From a virus (taxonomy: Duplodnaviria > Caudoviricetes): a DNA stretch of 54,614 nt. A program made the position numbers and the translations under genes. A model generated the notes under the pieces. It was not told where the DNA came from. It worked only from the letters and a program-made list of their open reading frames with translations, and did no database searches. Below are positions 36,168 through 45,995 of this stretch, in pieces; positions within the stretch are counted from its first letter, which is position 1, and each line of letters starts with the position of its first letter. Location of the stretch: IMG/VR virus record IMGVR_UViG_3300047199_000011, positions 1-54,614 of that record, one strand, 5' to 3'.

Positions 36168-38204
36168 TTATACAATATAAGCGTAACCCCACGTACCCGC
36201 GATAGAACCCCCGCCTGCGGTTACATAGGAACCTAGGTCAACTGCTACTGTGTTCGTAGCTCCGGTAATGCTGTCAGGTATGATCTGCTGGAAGTTGTTA
36301 TCAAAGATAGTAACCATAGCTGTGTACGGCGCCGCGAGCGCACCGCTGTGAGTAATAGTCAAGACTCCTGCGGTAAGGCTAGCGTTGGTGAAGGTAGCCC
36401 GGGTAAGAGAAGCTCCAGTTACAGGCGTATAGAACTCAAGAGCTGTTTCGCCAACGTTTACCCTTACGGCCTGCAATGAGCCTCCGGTATAAGCGGCCGG
36501 AGTATCGGTAAGCCCCAGGAAGGTAGTCGTACCTGCGGCAGACAGGGTATGGGTAGCTGTGGTATAGGTTAAACCTGTTCCTACGGTCACCCACTGCACA
36601 GAACCATCCGTATCGTCCCATATCATTAACCGGTCAGCGTTCGGATCAGCAAGGCTCTGTATGCCCAAATGGCTAAGGGAAAGGGTGCGGGTGGCAGAAA
36701 TGTCCCCTCCCCCTGTGAGCCCTGTGCCTGTAGAGATGCTTACGGCCGTATGGTCAACGTGCCTGTTGGCATCGTAGTTATTGAGAGAGTTGTGATCAAC
36801 GCCGGCTGGGAGAACTACTGCGGTGATATCTTGTCCCGCCAGGGTGAAGTCGACTGAAGTACTGTCAGTCACAGAAGCCGCAGCGTGCCGCGCGGCCGTA
36901 TTCAACGCTATATCAGCGTGGGTGAAGGCTAAGTTATGGGCCGTAACTGCTGAGCTTCCGAGGTCTGTATTCGTAACCTGTTGTCCCACAACACTGATTC
37001 CAGTCCCTGCCGTGGCGGCCACATGGTTATTCAACACAGCCTGGTACAAGGTTTCACCGTTGATAACCCTATTGGCGGCCATCCCAGCGGTATCAAGCTG
37101 GAGGCTAAAGCCGTCAGAGTTAATAGTCCAGGAATCAAAGGTCGTACCGCCGGCCACAACTGCGCCAACGATAAGGCCTGAAACGTTGATATTGGGAGTG
37201 TAGAGAGTGTCTGTCGCAGGGTTATAGTAGAAGGCCGCTTCTGAAGCTAAGCCACCAGCACCATTGTTGTACTGAAGTTCATTAGCCGCACCAGCTACTG
37301 TGAAATGTTCATTCGCAGCGTAATTTAACAGTTGGTCATGGTCAACTCCTGCCGGGAGAACCGCAGCGGTAAGGTTGATCCCCGCAAGGGTGAGGTCTAC
37401 TGAAGCCGTATCTGAAACAGTGAACCCAGGCGCAGTGGTGATGTCAAAGAAGTTAACCCCGTCATTAGAGAACTGCCAGGTGTTCGTCCCTTCGTTGTAC
37501 TCAATGGTCGGCCGGTTAGGATCGGCATTGTTAGCCTGAAGTTCCCCGCGGAACTCAGAAGCCCTAATTGGAGCAAAGGCGCTATCTGCCGCGTTCCTGA
37601 TATCAACGATAGTGGGAGTGAGATCATCAACCTTGATCTTAGCCGAATTAAGCGGGTTGACATTATTGAGCTGGAAGGTTTCATTATCGCTCCCCGTATC
37701 CGTATTCTGAACGTGCATAAGGATAACCGCGCTCGCAAGATCAGCCTCAGTCTGGGTGTACTGGTCAATGAGGACCTTGTTTGTGTGGTTATGGGTGTCT
37801 ACTGTCAGGGAGTTCAGGGTGGCCGCAGAAATGCCGTTTATTGAATCACAGGTGAGCCCAGCACAACGAAAGTCAGCGTAAGCAGTATCTAGGTTATTCC
37901 GCACTGATACGCCACTATTTCCCTTAAGAAGATAGCCAGAAGACCCATTCAGGTAGAAAGTAGGGCTGGCAGTACCCGCATCAGAGTTCTGTACATGGCC
38001 TCCTGCGCCTAATATGGCAGCCTCTAAACCCTCTAAACGATCCCTTACCGTAGGAAAGGAACCCTTAACGTTCGTACCAAGCTCTGTCTGTATGGCAATG
38101 ATCTCTCCCGCGGCCTCATTATGAATGAGGGTATGCTGACCCAGCAAGAGAGTTTCTGTACCATTACGGGTGGTATATGTGTAAATCGTATCTGGATAAG
38201 CCAT
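36168..38204 (-). CDS. tail/neck fibre protein
   Basis: Thr/Gly/Ala-rich; internal repeats D-x-x-SVD-x-TLAG...VLPAGVDH (x2) and HVQN-x-D-x-G (x2). Confidence 0.7.
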   Translation of the reverse strand: MAYPDTIYTYTTRNGTETLLLGQHTLIHNEAAGEIIAIQTELGTNVKGSFPTVRDRLEGLEAAILGAGGHVQNSDAGTASPTFYLNGSSGYLLKGNSGVSVRNNLDTAYADFRCAGLTCDSINGISAATLNSLTVDTHNHTNKVLIDQYTQTEADLASAVILMHVQNTDTGSDNETFQLNNVNPLNSAKIKVDDLTPTIVDIRNAADSAFAPIRASEFRGELQANNADPNRPTIEYNEGTNTWQFSNDGVNFFDITTAPGFTVSDTASVDLTLAGINLTAAVLPAGVDHDQLLNYAANEHFTVAGAANELQYNNGAGGLASEAAFYYNPATDTLYTPNINVSGLIVGAVVAGGTTFDSWTINSDGFSLQLDTAGMAANRVINGETLYQAVLNNHVAATAGTGISVVGQQVTNTDLGSSAVTAHNLAFTHADIALNTAARHAAASVTDSTSVDFTLAGQDITAVVLPAGVDHNSLNNYDANRHVDHTAVSISTGTGLTGGGDISATRTLSLSHLGIQSLADPNADRLMIWDDTDGSVQWVTVGTGLTYTTATHTLSAAGTTTFLGLTDTPAAYTGGSLQAVRVNVGETALEFYTPVTGASLTRATFTNASLTAGVLTITHSGALAAPYTAMVTIFDNNFQQIIPDSITGATNTVAVDLGSYVTAGGGSIAGTWGYAYIV

Positions 38205-38212
38205 GAGTCCTC

Positions 38213-38512
38213 CTATTTATTGTAAAGGTACGTGCCACAGAACTTGCACCCCCCGACATAATGTTCTCTATCTATATAATACCCGTTGAAGTGTACGGTA
38301 GCGCTATCGAATGTCGTGGTGGAGTCATCCATGGATATCTCATCACCATAAGTAAACCCCCAGCCCGCACGCGAGCCATAGGGGAGATGTACTTCCCTGT
38401 CTAAATTATTTATAAAGCCGCAGCGGGCACACCTAACGAACCTATCATCGCGGTATACTCCGAGGTCGGGATTACGCCCGCTGTGAATTGCTTCTGAATG
38501 AATTTCGCTCAT
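38213..38512 (-). CDS. zinc-binding hypothetical protein
   Basis: RCARCG...GCKFCG. Confidence 0.6.
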   Translation of the reverse strand: MSEIHSEAIHSGRNPDLGVYRDDRFVRCARCGFINNLDREVHLPYGSRAGWGFTYGDEISMDDSTTTFDSATVHFNGYYIDREHYVGGCKFCGTYLYNK

Positions 38513-38622
38513 GATCCCTCTATCTTCTTTATTATCCAGAAGATTGCTATTACTGCCGCAGAAGCAGCCAGAAAAGCAAGTATTAAACCTAACCCAAAAT
38601 AGAACCCTGTTAATACATTCAT
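38509..38622 (-). CDS. small membrane peptide (below cutoff)
   Basis: MNVLTGFYFGLGLILAFLAASAAVIAIFWII; ATGA-coupled at both ends. Confidence 0.5.
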   Translation of the reverse strand: MNVLTGFYFGLGLILAFLAASAAVIAIFWIIKKIEGS

Positions 38623-38807
38623 GGATTCACCGTAGTTATTTTCCTGTACAAGCCCTTACTCATAAGGACCCATTCAAATACAGGAATCGGAGGTTGGGTG
38701 TTAGGATTACCGGCAATCACCTTATCCGAGTCGTTGAAGTAAACGGGTTTTAAGCGTACACAACCTAAGGATGTCGAAAGTAACAATAGTAAGAGTATCG
38801 CTGTCAT
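38619..38807 (-). CDS. o-spanin-like lipoprotein (Rz1-like)
   Basis: MTAILLLLLLSTSLGC lipobox; Pro-rich; overlaps the 3' end of the upstream TM gene in another frame. Confidence 0.6.
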   Translation of the reverse strand: MTAILLLLLLSTSLGCVRLKPVYFNDSDKVIAGNPNTQPPIPVFEWVLMSKGLYRKITTVNP

Positions 38808-38958
38808 TCGCCGCCAATGCAATATCCCTCTTAACATAATCTGCCTCCAAGTCTTTGTAGACTTGATCGATCTGTGCATAAAGCTGACGACGGGGGTTAA
38901 GGAACCACGCAAGCAGAGTAGCAACAATCCCTATCACCCCCGTTATCAGTGTTATCAT
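38722..38958 (-). CDS. i-spanin-like protein (Rz-like)
   Basis: Single N-terminal TM helix followed by a helical domain with one Cys. Confidence 0.55.
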   Translation of the reverse strand: MITLITGVIGIVATLLAWFLNPRRQLYAQIDQVYKDLEADYVKRDIALAANDSDTLTIVTFDILRLCTLKTRLLQRLG

Positions 38959-38993
38959 TTCTTCTTCCTTTTCTTACACGCCATGGCAAACTC

Positions 38994-39296
38994 CTATGCT
39001 GAGTGCTCCATGTTAAGCAGGTCGAGCGCGTGGATCAACTTCTTCTCGATCTTGGCGATCTGTTTCACGGGAAGCTTTGCATTGATGAGTGTTGCGCCGT
39101 TCACTACCAGCAGGCAATCGATGGCATCCGCACCACCCACTCCCGACGGAGCAACCTTGACCAACTTCTCTAACTTCGAATCTTCCAGATAGCCCTTCAA
39201 CTCAACGGCCACATCATCAGGGCAATTCGTAATCTGGAACGTGGTCGTGGTCACTGAATCACCGGTCACTACTAACTTCAAACTAAAATCAGCCAT
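38994..39296 (-). CDS. hypothetical protein
   Basis: AGGAGG RBS before MADFSLKL. Confidence 0.6.
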   Translation of the reverse strand: MADFSLKLVVTGDSVTTTTFQITNCPDDVAVELKGYLEDSKLEKLVKVAPSGVGGADAIDCLLVVNGATLINAKLPVKQIAKIEKKLIHALDLLNMEHSA

Positions 39297-39549
39297 GTCT
39301 TCCTCCTGTTTATTTGGGTTTATCCACCCCATACCGTACACTACTCCGTTTACTACTGCTTTTGGTGCTACCACCCTTCTTTGACTATCCATGTGTATTT
39401 ATTCTTCTTGCCTTTCTTCAAACCCTGGAATATCATCCGGACACTACCGCAATCCCAGAAATCGTACATAGCTCTGTTCTTCTTACCATCATGCAATAAC
39501 CACTTGCACGTGGGATGCGGAAGCCAGATCATGTAAACCTTGTGCTCCA

Positions 39550-39732
39550 TCACACGTGCAATGTTTGCTGGTGGACTCCAAGATTCTTCCAGATAAGAAG
39601 GCAGCCAACAATGATAATAAGCGCATTGATGACATTCCTGAATAATGGTATGGTGTTGAATTTGTTGTTCACATACCATGCGCCTATCGCAACAGCGATT
39701 ACTACGATCAGACCAATTACGTTAATATCCAT
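39550..39732 (-). CDS. holin-like two-TM protein
   Basis: Two TM helices; AAGGAGG RBS; lysis-region context. Confidence 0.55.
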   Translation of the reverse strand: MDINVIGLIVVIAVAIGAWYVNNKFNTIPLFRNVINALIIIVGCLLIWKNLGVHQQTLHV

Positions 39733-39741
39733 ACATCCTCC

Positions 39742-39975
39742 TTAAAGTGGTACCCAAATTATCCATCCGGGATATGCTTCCCTCAGGAATTTGAATATCG
39801 CGTTTATCACGATTCCTGCTAAGACCATCCACGAAGTAGCTGGATGTCCACTCAACCATGCTACCAATGCCGGGATCTGGGCAACCAGTAGCCTCAGGAG
39901 AAGAAACACTCCCTCGTTTACTGATAACTTCAACCCGATACTAGCCGGTTGCTGTTGAAACGTCATTCTTTCCAT
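39742..39975 (-). CDS. holin-like two-TM protein
   Basis: Two hydrophobic segments ending IFKFLRE. Confidence 0.55.
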   Translation of the reverse strand: MERMTFQQQPASIGLKLSVNEGVFLLLRLLVAQIPALVAWLSGHPATSWMVLAGIVINAIFKFLREAYPGWIIWVPL

Positions 39976-40154
39976 TCAGCTCCCCCCTTTTGTACTATGG
40001 TTATTATCACTTCTTTCTTGGTCGGTATTTTCTTATCTACCTTCCTTCGCGCGGGACTTGTGAAGTCGCAGGCTGTACAATGAATCACATCGTTCTCCCT
40101 GTACACAAACCCCCTACATTCCTTACCATCGATAACATTCGGACACTCTATCAT
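39963..40154 (-). CDS. small zinc-ribbon protein
   Basis: ECP...EC...HCTAC. Confidence 0.5.
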   Translation of the reverse strand: MIECPNVIDGKECRGFVYRENDVIHCTACDFTSPARRKVDKKIPTKKEVIITIVQKGGAEWKE

Positions 40155-40486
40155 TTTCTAAACAGGCTCAGAACTGACAGGAGTAGGCCTAACACCGCCA
40201 ATCCGTAGGATATGTACACGCTAGCCATCGAGGCCTTCCCACGTAACTCAGCCCGCGACTCCCGTAAGTCCTGAATATCCTTCTGTAAGGCAGTGATATC
40301 TGCCTTGGTTATGAACGTTGACGCTTGGTCTTTGAGCGTAGCTCTAAACTCATTCATGCTTTCAAGGCGCTTGTCCATTGATTCTAAAGCCACAACAGTC
40401 GCCTTCTCCACTGAAGCTATCTTCGTTTCGATGTAATCCTTCAATGGGATGAAGTCAGTTTGTCTACGCTCGCCCACCGGGCCCAT
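40151..40486 (-). CDS. coiled-coil protein with C-terminal TM anchor
   Basis: Heptad region then SVYISYGLAVLGLLLSVLSLF. Confidence 0.65.
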   Translation of the reverse strand: MGPVGERRQTDFIPLKDYIETKIASVEKATVVALESMDKRLESMNEFRATLKDQASTFITKADITALQKDIQDLRESRAELRGKASMASVYISYGLAVLGLLLSVLSLFRK

Positions 40487-40488
40487 CG

Positions 40489-40893
40489 TTATTCACATTC
40501 TCCAGCCGGACCTTGTGGTCCTTTATCACCCTGAGGGCCAGTGGGGCCTTTAGGGCCAACAGGGCCTTGTACGCCTTCTGCACCTAAGGGACCTTGAGTA
40601 GTAGGGCCAATGTCACCAGTTTCACCAACGGGGCCTTGATCGCCCTGAGGGCCAACTAATCCTTGAGCGCCAGTAGGGCCACTCTTACCTTTTGTAACTA
40701 ATCCCACGGGACCCATAGGGCCGGTAGGACCCTTTTCGCCAACGGGGCCAGCGATACCTTCAGCACCCATCGGGCCTTGATCTCCAACAAAGTTCGCACA
40801 AGGCTCATTTGCTCTTAATCCCCCCACAGGAGGACACTTCGCACAACCTGCTACCAATAACACACCCAACAACACCAACCCCAACCTTCTCAT
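40489..40893 (-). CDS. collagen-like (Gly-X-Y) lipoprotein
   Basis: MRRLGLVLLGVLLVAGC lipobox; 31 GXY triplets. Confidence 0.85.
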   Translation of the reverse strand: MRRLGLVLLGVLLVAGCAKCPPVGGLRANEPCANFVGDQGPMGAEGIAGPVGEKGPTGPMGPVGLVTKGKSGPTGAQGLVGPQGDQGPVGETGDIGPTTQGPLGAEGVQGPVGPKGPTGPQGDKGPQGPAGECE

Positions 40894-40906
40894 GCTACCT
40901 CCTTTG

Positions 40907-41740
40907 TTATGTTGCTTTCCTTATTGTCCAGAAGTCATCTGCTAACGATGACATATACCTGAAGGGCATAGTAAAGTACCCTTTATTACCCCAGCCAGTT
41001 CCCCAAGAGTTCTTAACAAGGAACCTCTCTGTGGTCTTATCATATCCAACAGCGCATACGGCATGGCCGCCGATAACGCGCTCTGTGTAATCCGGTATTG
41101 GGACTTCTCCGGTTTCAGAAACTGCTTTCGATTCAAAGCTAGTGTATACCGTAAAACCAAATACGAACGGATAGCCTTCAGCCAAGCAGTTTAACATATC
41201 ATCAACGCTGTACAGCCGCAGGTAAGATGATATTTTATGCTTGCTCGCTTCTGCATAAGCGCTCGCGGGCGGTTCGACATTGAAGTTCTTGATGTCGTAT
41301 GACCATGCACTCTCATAGCAATAACCCTGGCTTACGAGTGTCTTTATCCCATCACGAAGAAACGCTCCAGAGTCGAAACATTCGTTCCCTTCGATGAGTC
41401 TTTCATTGTAGTAAATGAACAACCTGCTGACATCTGTGTGGATATTGTCGGGTACATTATCCAGGTACTCAAGATTACCCGCTATCGCAAAAGCCGTACA
41501 AGCACCCAGGTCACCCTGATGTTGGATCTCGGAACACTTGGCGCGCAGGTCAACCTTATCAGGTATAGGTATCGGGACTGCTGTTATCTTCTTCTTGAAA
41601 GGAATATCGCGGACATCCGGTCTATCAGGCATCCAACCGAAACGATGGTTCTTCATCTTAGGCAGAGCATTGTTTGGTAGGTTGCCATACTGCCGCTCAG
41701 GAATCTCGGGACAAACTTTCTTCTTCTTTCCCCAGCACAT
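40907..41740 (-). CDS. papain-family (C1A) cysteine protease
   Basis: QGDLGACTAFA (catalytic Cys), GGHAV (His), KNSWG (Asn), SRLFIYYN. Confidence 0.93.
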   Translation of the reverse strand: MCWGKKKKVCPEIPERQYGNLPNNALPKMKNHRFGWMPDRPDVRDIPFKKKITAVPIPIPDKVDLRAKCSEIQHQGDLGACTAFAIAGNLEYLDNVPDNIHTDVSRLFIYYNERLIEGNECFDSGAFLRDGIKTLVSQGYCYESAWSYDIKNFNVEPPASAYAEASKHKISSYLRLYSVDDMLNCLAEGYPFVFGFTVYTSFESKAVSETGEVPIPDYTERVIGGHAVCAVGYDKTTERFLVKNSWGTGWGNKGYFTMPFRYMSSLADDFWTIRKAT

Positions 41741-41748
41741 AAGCCCTC

Positions 41749-42117
41749 CTATACGTAAGAGTAAACTAAACTAACGCTGACTACTGCGGAAGCTGTTGTA
41801 CAATTTAAGACCAATGCTTTATTCGTTTCCGATTCATAGAGCCAGATACCCGGATACGCGCTGCGCGAGTAATACGAAGGAAATGCCGAACCAGAAAGAG
41901 TCCTGAAGAACGTTTCAGTCAACTGAGTTCCGCCCGCGCCATTACGGATGTAACAGTTCGTTCCTCCGATGCTGATGCTCACGGATAATGAGTAAATCCG
42001 AATCTTCTTGTTTGCTACTGCCGCAAGGATAACCGTAGACTGATCGCCTACGGTAGTGGAAGCATAAGCAACTGTCTTGGTGCCGACTATCCCGACATTG
42101 GTATCTAATGAGCCCAT
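41749..42117 (-). CDS. small beta-rich virion protein
   Basis: Beta-sandwich-like composition; structural operon. Confidence 0.55.
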   Translation of the reverse strand: MGSLDTNVGIVGTKTVAYASTTVGDQSTVILAAVANKKIRIYSLSVSISIGGTNCYIRNGAGGTQLTETFFRTLSGSAFPSYYSRSAYPGIWLYESETNKALVLNCTTASAVVSVSLVYSYV

Positions 42118-42447
42118 TTAATCTCCTAACGTATAGATTGCTATAGTAACAGTGCCTGATGTAGGCGCTACCACACAAGATGTTTTAATCTGTAAATACG
42201 GAAAATAACAACCACAATCCTGCACCATGTTAGTCGCCGAAGACAAAGGAAACGACGCACGAAGAAATGAATTTGACATATCTGCACTACGAGAACCATA
42301 AATACTCACAGTCACTTCTTGGTTGAGGGAGTTCTCGAATATCATAGTCTTAGTATGCCCCCAACGAATATCAGTGATAGCAGAATCGTGCGAATCCGTA
42401 TCGCGTATCGCTTCGTTATTGAATAAGAGTTTCTCCTCAACGTTCAT
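42118..42447 (-). CDS. small beta-rich virion protein
   Basis: VSIYGS...PYLQIK...PTSGTVTI jelly-roll-like pattern. Confidence 0.55.
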   Translation of the reverse strand: MNVEEKLLFNNEAIRDTDSHDSAITDIRWGHTKTMIFENSLNQEVTVSIYGSRSADMSNSFLRASFPLSSATNMVQDCGCYFPYLQIKTSCVVAPTSGTVTIAIYTLGD

Positions 42448-42449
42448 TA

Positions 42450-43016
42450 TTACACCTCATACCAGTCATATAACATTGTATAAGAGTTGCTACCCGAAGT
42501 CGAAGCCATCCGAATAAGATACTTAGTATTCGCCTTGAGTATTAAGTGATGGTCGTAATCACTCATCAATGACAACGCATCAGTTCCGACAGGATGAATA
42601 CTACCGAGTATAAGCGTTCCTGTAGCAGTCACCGTAGGTGTGTGATAAAATAATGTACTTCCTACCGTAGCTGAGTTCCTGTCCCTATTATAAGTTGTCA
42701 GTGCCGTGCCGTTATTAGACAACGTAGCACCTTCGTATATCTCCACCCTGCCTGTAGCAATCCAACGGATAGCAAATATCATATTAGCTTTGATGGTGGC
42801 ATGAGTAACAACAGCTAGGTCATAGTTCACTCCGTTAGCAAGTCCGCTAGCATAACGCCAGCAAAAGAACCTTTGCTGGTCGATTATCTTCTGATGGGAA
42901 CTAGAAGCACTACACACATCAAGACGCTCTTTCGAGTTGTCGGTTGATATGCTGACTGTCTTCGTCCCGTCATCGTTGCGTATCGTTACGTCTTGTGAAC
43001 CGTATAGGTCAGCCAT
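42450..43016 (-). CDS. virion protein
   Basis: LILKANTKYLIR...DWYE; structural operon. Confidence 0.55.
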   Translation of the reverse strand: MADLYGSQDVTIRNDDGTKTVSISTDNSKERLDVCSASSSHQKIIDQQRFFCWRYASGLANGVNYDLAVVTHATIKANMIFAIRWIATGRVEIYEGATLSNNGTALTTYNRDRNSATVGSTLFYHTPTVTATGTLILGSIHPVGTDALSLMSDYDHHLILKANTKYLIRMASTSGSNSYTMLYDWYEV

Positions 43017-43209
43017 TCTTCGCTATCCCAATTAAGTCATCCAGCCGCTTGACCACTTCAACCAAGTTACGGTTGACTTGAGCAAGAAGCTGAATGGTGA
43101 GGATAGGCGTATTGCCTTGGATAATCTCTACCTTGTCAGCGGGTTTCGGTGCTTCCTGAGGAGGTACTGTCCCCCCTTGAGTCTGGTATACTTGTTTACC
43201 CTTAGCCAT
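43009..43209 (-). CDS. hypothetical protein
   Basis: GGAGG RBS. Confidence 0.55.
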   Translation of the reverse strand: MAKGKQVYQTQGGTVPPQEAPKPADKVEIIQGNTPILTIQLLAQVNRNLVEVVKRLDDLIGIAKNG

Positions 43210-43229
43210 GCGCCTATCCTCCCTTTCAG

Positions 43230-44162
43230 TTACGGTAAGTTGTTACCGATTATTGTTGAGTACACGCTCTGAGCCGCGCCTTCGCGGTTCGTCATTATAA
43301 CGCGTACTGTTCCTGTCGATGCTACTGGAACCTCAATCGGAGGATCGAAGAACAACTGTTCAGTTCCACCCTGATGAGGTATGAACCCTACGGCCTTGGT
43401 CACTAACGTGCCGATAGGCCCTACTTGAACCTCTGCCTTCATGCCGCCAGAAGCTGCGAAGATAACGCTCCTGAGCAGGAAGGTTGTTCCGGTAACGGTG
43501 TAGTCGTTGTTACCAGTATCCACGGTTGTCCCGTAATCATGCACCTCAGTCGAAGAAGCAATGGCGCCTTCAACAACGGAAACATAGATCGGGTTGGTTA
43601 CGCCGTTAGCAGTGGAGTTAGCGCTAACCTTAACTGCGTCATCCGCGAGTGTTAGGTTGCGGATGTCCAGGTCAGAAGCATCAACGGTGATTGAATTTCC
43701 ACCGTCCGCTATTGTAACCGAACCGTCCATCGTTACCCACAGTGCGCCGTTGGCGTTTACGTAGACTTTCGACCAATCACCTTCAGCCGGAGTAATACCT
43801 GCAAGAGCATCATCCCTCTCGGCGAGCAACGTAGGACCCGTTGCTGGGTCGGCTGCCACAGCATCCTCCTCATAAGCCTGAGGAAGGTTACTGATGATTA
43901 ACCTACCATCAGCGTCCACTAACGGGACGTAATCAGTACCTGACCCATCCTTGACGGTGTTAGCGAAGATAAGGACATTGTCCTCACCTGCCGCAGTACC
44001 GGCGCGGAGGTCATCGATTGTTACAGTACCGGTGACATTGATAGCACCACCGGTTATTGTTATAGCACTTGTGCCGTCCGAAAGCTCCACGAATATCGGA
44101 TTTGCTACCGCATTAGCACCAGTGTCTTTTGAAACTAGGGTTGGAAAAGATCCATCAGCCAT
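43230..44162 (-). CDS. virion fibre/appendage protein
   Basis: Acidic Thr/Gly/Val-rich; internal repeat AN-x-V-x-NPI(F/Y)V. Confidence 0.6.
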   Translation of the reverse strand: MADGSFPTLVSKDTGANAVANPIFVELSDGTSAITITGGAINVTGTVTIDDLRAGTAAGEDNVLIFANTVKDGSGTDYVPLVDADGRLIISNLPQAYEEDAVAADPATGPTLLAERDDALAGITPAEGDWSKVYVNANGALWVTMDGSVTIADGGNSITVDASDLDIRNLTLADDAVKVSANSTANGVTNPIYVSVVEGAIASSTEVHDYGTTVDTGNNDYTVTGTTFLLRSVIFAASGGMKAEVQVGPIGTLVTKAVGFIPHQGGTEQLFFDPPIEVPVASTGTVRVIMTNREGAAQSVYSTIIGNNLP

Positions 44163-44172
44163 GTTAGCCTCC

Positions 44173-44415
44173 TTAACGTTCGTTAATCAGCTCGCCCGCT
44201 GAAATCTTGCGAGTCCGTATCTCCTTGAGCTCAAGCTCAAGAAGCATTATCTTTGCTTCCAGTTCAAGAATCCTGCCTTTCTTGAAATCTTCTATGTCCT
44301 GCTTATAGCGAGCGATACGCGATATCCGCTCCTGGATCTGTACCTCAATCCACTTGTCCTCGATCTCTTTAGTGGGTGAAACCAACCACTGTTGTCTTTC
44401 GCCAATGTCTGCCAT
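44173..44415 (-). CDS. coiled-coil protein
   Basis: Leu/Ile heptads. Confidence 0.55.
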   Translation of the reverse strand: MADIGERQQWLVSPTKEIEDKWIEVQIQERISRIARYKQDIEDFKKGRILELEAKIMLLELELKEIRTRKISAGELINER

Positions 44416-44418
44416 AGG

Positions 44419-44823
44419 TTAAGGTACTTCTTGATATCCTATAATGCACGCTTGAAAGTCAGCTGTCGTATCAGGCCCGTGATGGGTTGCCTTAACGTCA
44501 ACTACAGACGCCGCTGCTATCTTCAACGGTGTACTAAAGTCAAAGTCCACCGTCCTATCTGTCGTTCTCTTGGTCATCCTTATTACTGAATCTATGTACA
44601 CATCCCAGCGTGCGTTGACAACGCCGGTGCAAATAATCTTGGTCAGATACTTCTCTCCGTTTGAAGGAGCCGTCACTATGGTCGTTTCTGTATCCTGCGA
44701 TACGGAAGTTACCTCCCCGGTAAATAAGACCGAGTTATTAGTAAGTATCTCGTCGATTGTGATTTTACCACTCACATCTGCGAGTGAAGCAAGTCTTCCT
44801 TCTATGTATTCCGGGATAGGCAT
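44419..44823 (-). CDS. small beta-rich virion protein
   Basis: Structural operon; beta pattern. Confidence 0.55.
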   Translation of the reverse strand: MPIPEYIEGRLASLADVSGKITIDEILTNNSVLFTGEVTSVSQDTETTIVTAPSNGEKYLTKIICTGVVNARWDVYIDSVIRMTKRTTDRTVDFDFSTPLKIAAASVVDVKATHHGPDTTADFQACIIGYQEVP

Positions 44824-45180
44824 TTAGCTTGAACACACCTTGATCAATATCTCGAATGTGTCGTTAGGTATTACATTAAACAAATTCACGGTAAAGTTAT
44901 CTGTAACGGGGGTGGGCGTGACGTCATTTATCACCCCCGTACAGATTAGGAACTGGCGAATCATCACGCCGTTAGCGTCAATTATCTCGAAGTCGAATGT
45001 CGTAGTAGGGCTTGTAGAACGAACAACAATCTGGCGAATAAACTTCTCTCCAGTAATCCCGGTAGTGGTATAAGTCCACGAACCAGGACCCCCCGGCCCC
45101 CCTCCGCCAGTTGTGGTAGGAGTTTCGTGTATGGTTGTTGAATCAACGCAGATTGGCTCAGCCACCGCTCTACTAGGCAT
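44824..45180 (-). CDS. small beta-rich virion protein
   Basis: AGGAG RBS; Gly-rich loop. Confidence 0.55.
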   Translation of the reverse strand: MPSRAVAEPICVDSTTIHETPTTTGGGGPGGPGSWTYTTTGITGEKFIRQIVVRSTSPTTTFDFEIIDANGVMIRQFLICTGVINDVTPTPVTDNFTVNLFNVIPNDTFEILIKVCSS

Positions 45181-45189
45181 TGTGACTCC

Positions 45190-45480
45190 TTAATAGAGTA
45201 TGACTATAAGCACACCACTCGCATCGCTCAAAGTAACAGATAAGCCGTCAACGGAAGCTCCGTACCAATCAATTTGATTGATATCTCCTGCCGCTCCGGT
45301 ACTCGTAACCGCTATGACAGCTTTACCGTCTTTATCAGTGATAGTACAGGTATCTGCCGCGCCCGCTGCGGTGAAAGTAAAAGCCAACACCTTTAACCGC
45401 ATCGCAGTCACGGGAGTAGCATCCGTGCCGCCTGTTACCCTGAAACCGTATGAATTGCTTGTTACTGTCGCTAACGCCAT
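45190..45480 (-). CDS. small beta-rich virion protein
   Basis: Thr/Ala/Gly-rich beta pattern. Confidence 0.55.
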   Translation of the reverse strand: MALATVTSNSYGFRVTGGTDATPVTAMRLKVLAFTFTAAGAADTCTITDKDGKAVIAVTSTGAAGDINQIDWYGASVDGLSVTLSDASGVLIVILY

Positions 45481-45481
45481 G

Positions 45482-45928
45482 TTATTTCTCCCTTCGTAGA
45501 TTCTCTACGGAACGAGGATCTTCAGGGTTCAAGGCGCGTTGGATGTAACGGTAACGCTCGATTTTCGCAGCGTTTCTTGCAGACCACGCCATGTGCTTAC
45601 GAACCGCACCAGGATTCTTGCCCGGGAAGCGCATCTCATCACGAGTAGGCATACCTTCACGAAGCTCACCTTCAATTTGCTCCGCTTCCTTTACCATACC
45701 GTCTTTCTGCGCCCCGCGCAACCGAGGTGGTTCTCTGTCAGCTATGGCCTGATCTATCCTATCAATCTGCTTCTGGATGACCGCTTGGTCTATCTGAGCA
45801 GCAGGGGTTCCTTTACCGTACTCCACCGCTTCTTTCTGTGTGTCCTGAAGTTCACGCTTCGTGTCAAGCAGGCTTTCTTTCTCTGCCGGACTTAGGATTT
45901 CTTTTATCTTACCGCTTCCTCGTACCAT
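45482..45928 (-). CDS. hypothetical charged helical protein
   Basis: AAGGAGG RBS. Confidence 0.6.
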   Translation of the reverse strand: MVRGSGKIKEILSPAEKESLLDTKRELQDTQKEAVEYGKGTPAAQIDQAVIQKQIDRIDQAIADREPPRLRGAQKDGMVKEAEQIEGELREGMPTRDEMRFPGKNPGAVRKHMAWSARNAAKIERYRYIQRALNPEDPRSVENLRREK

Positions 45929-45995
45929 GCCTTCCTCCTTTTAAGTAGGCGGGTAAGGGGTGAAAGGTAAGCCGCCCTTCACCCGCCCAACTACG

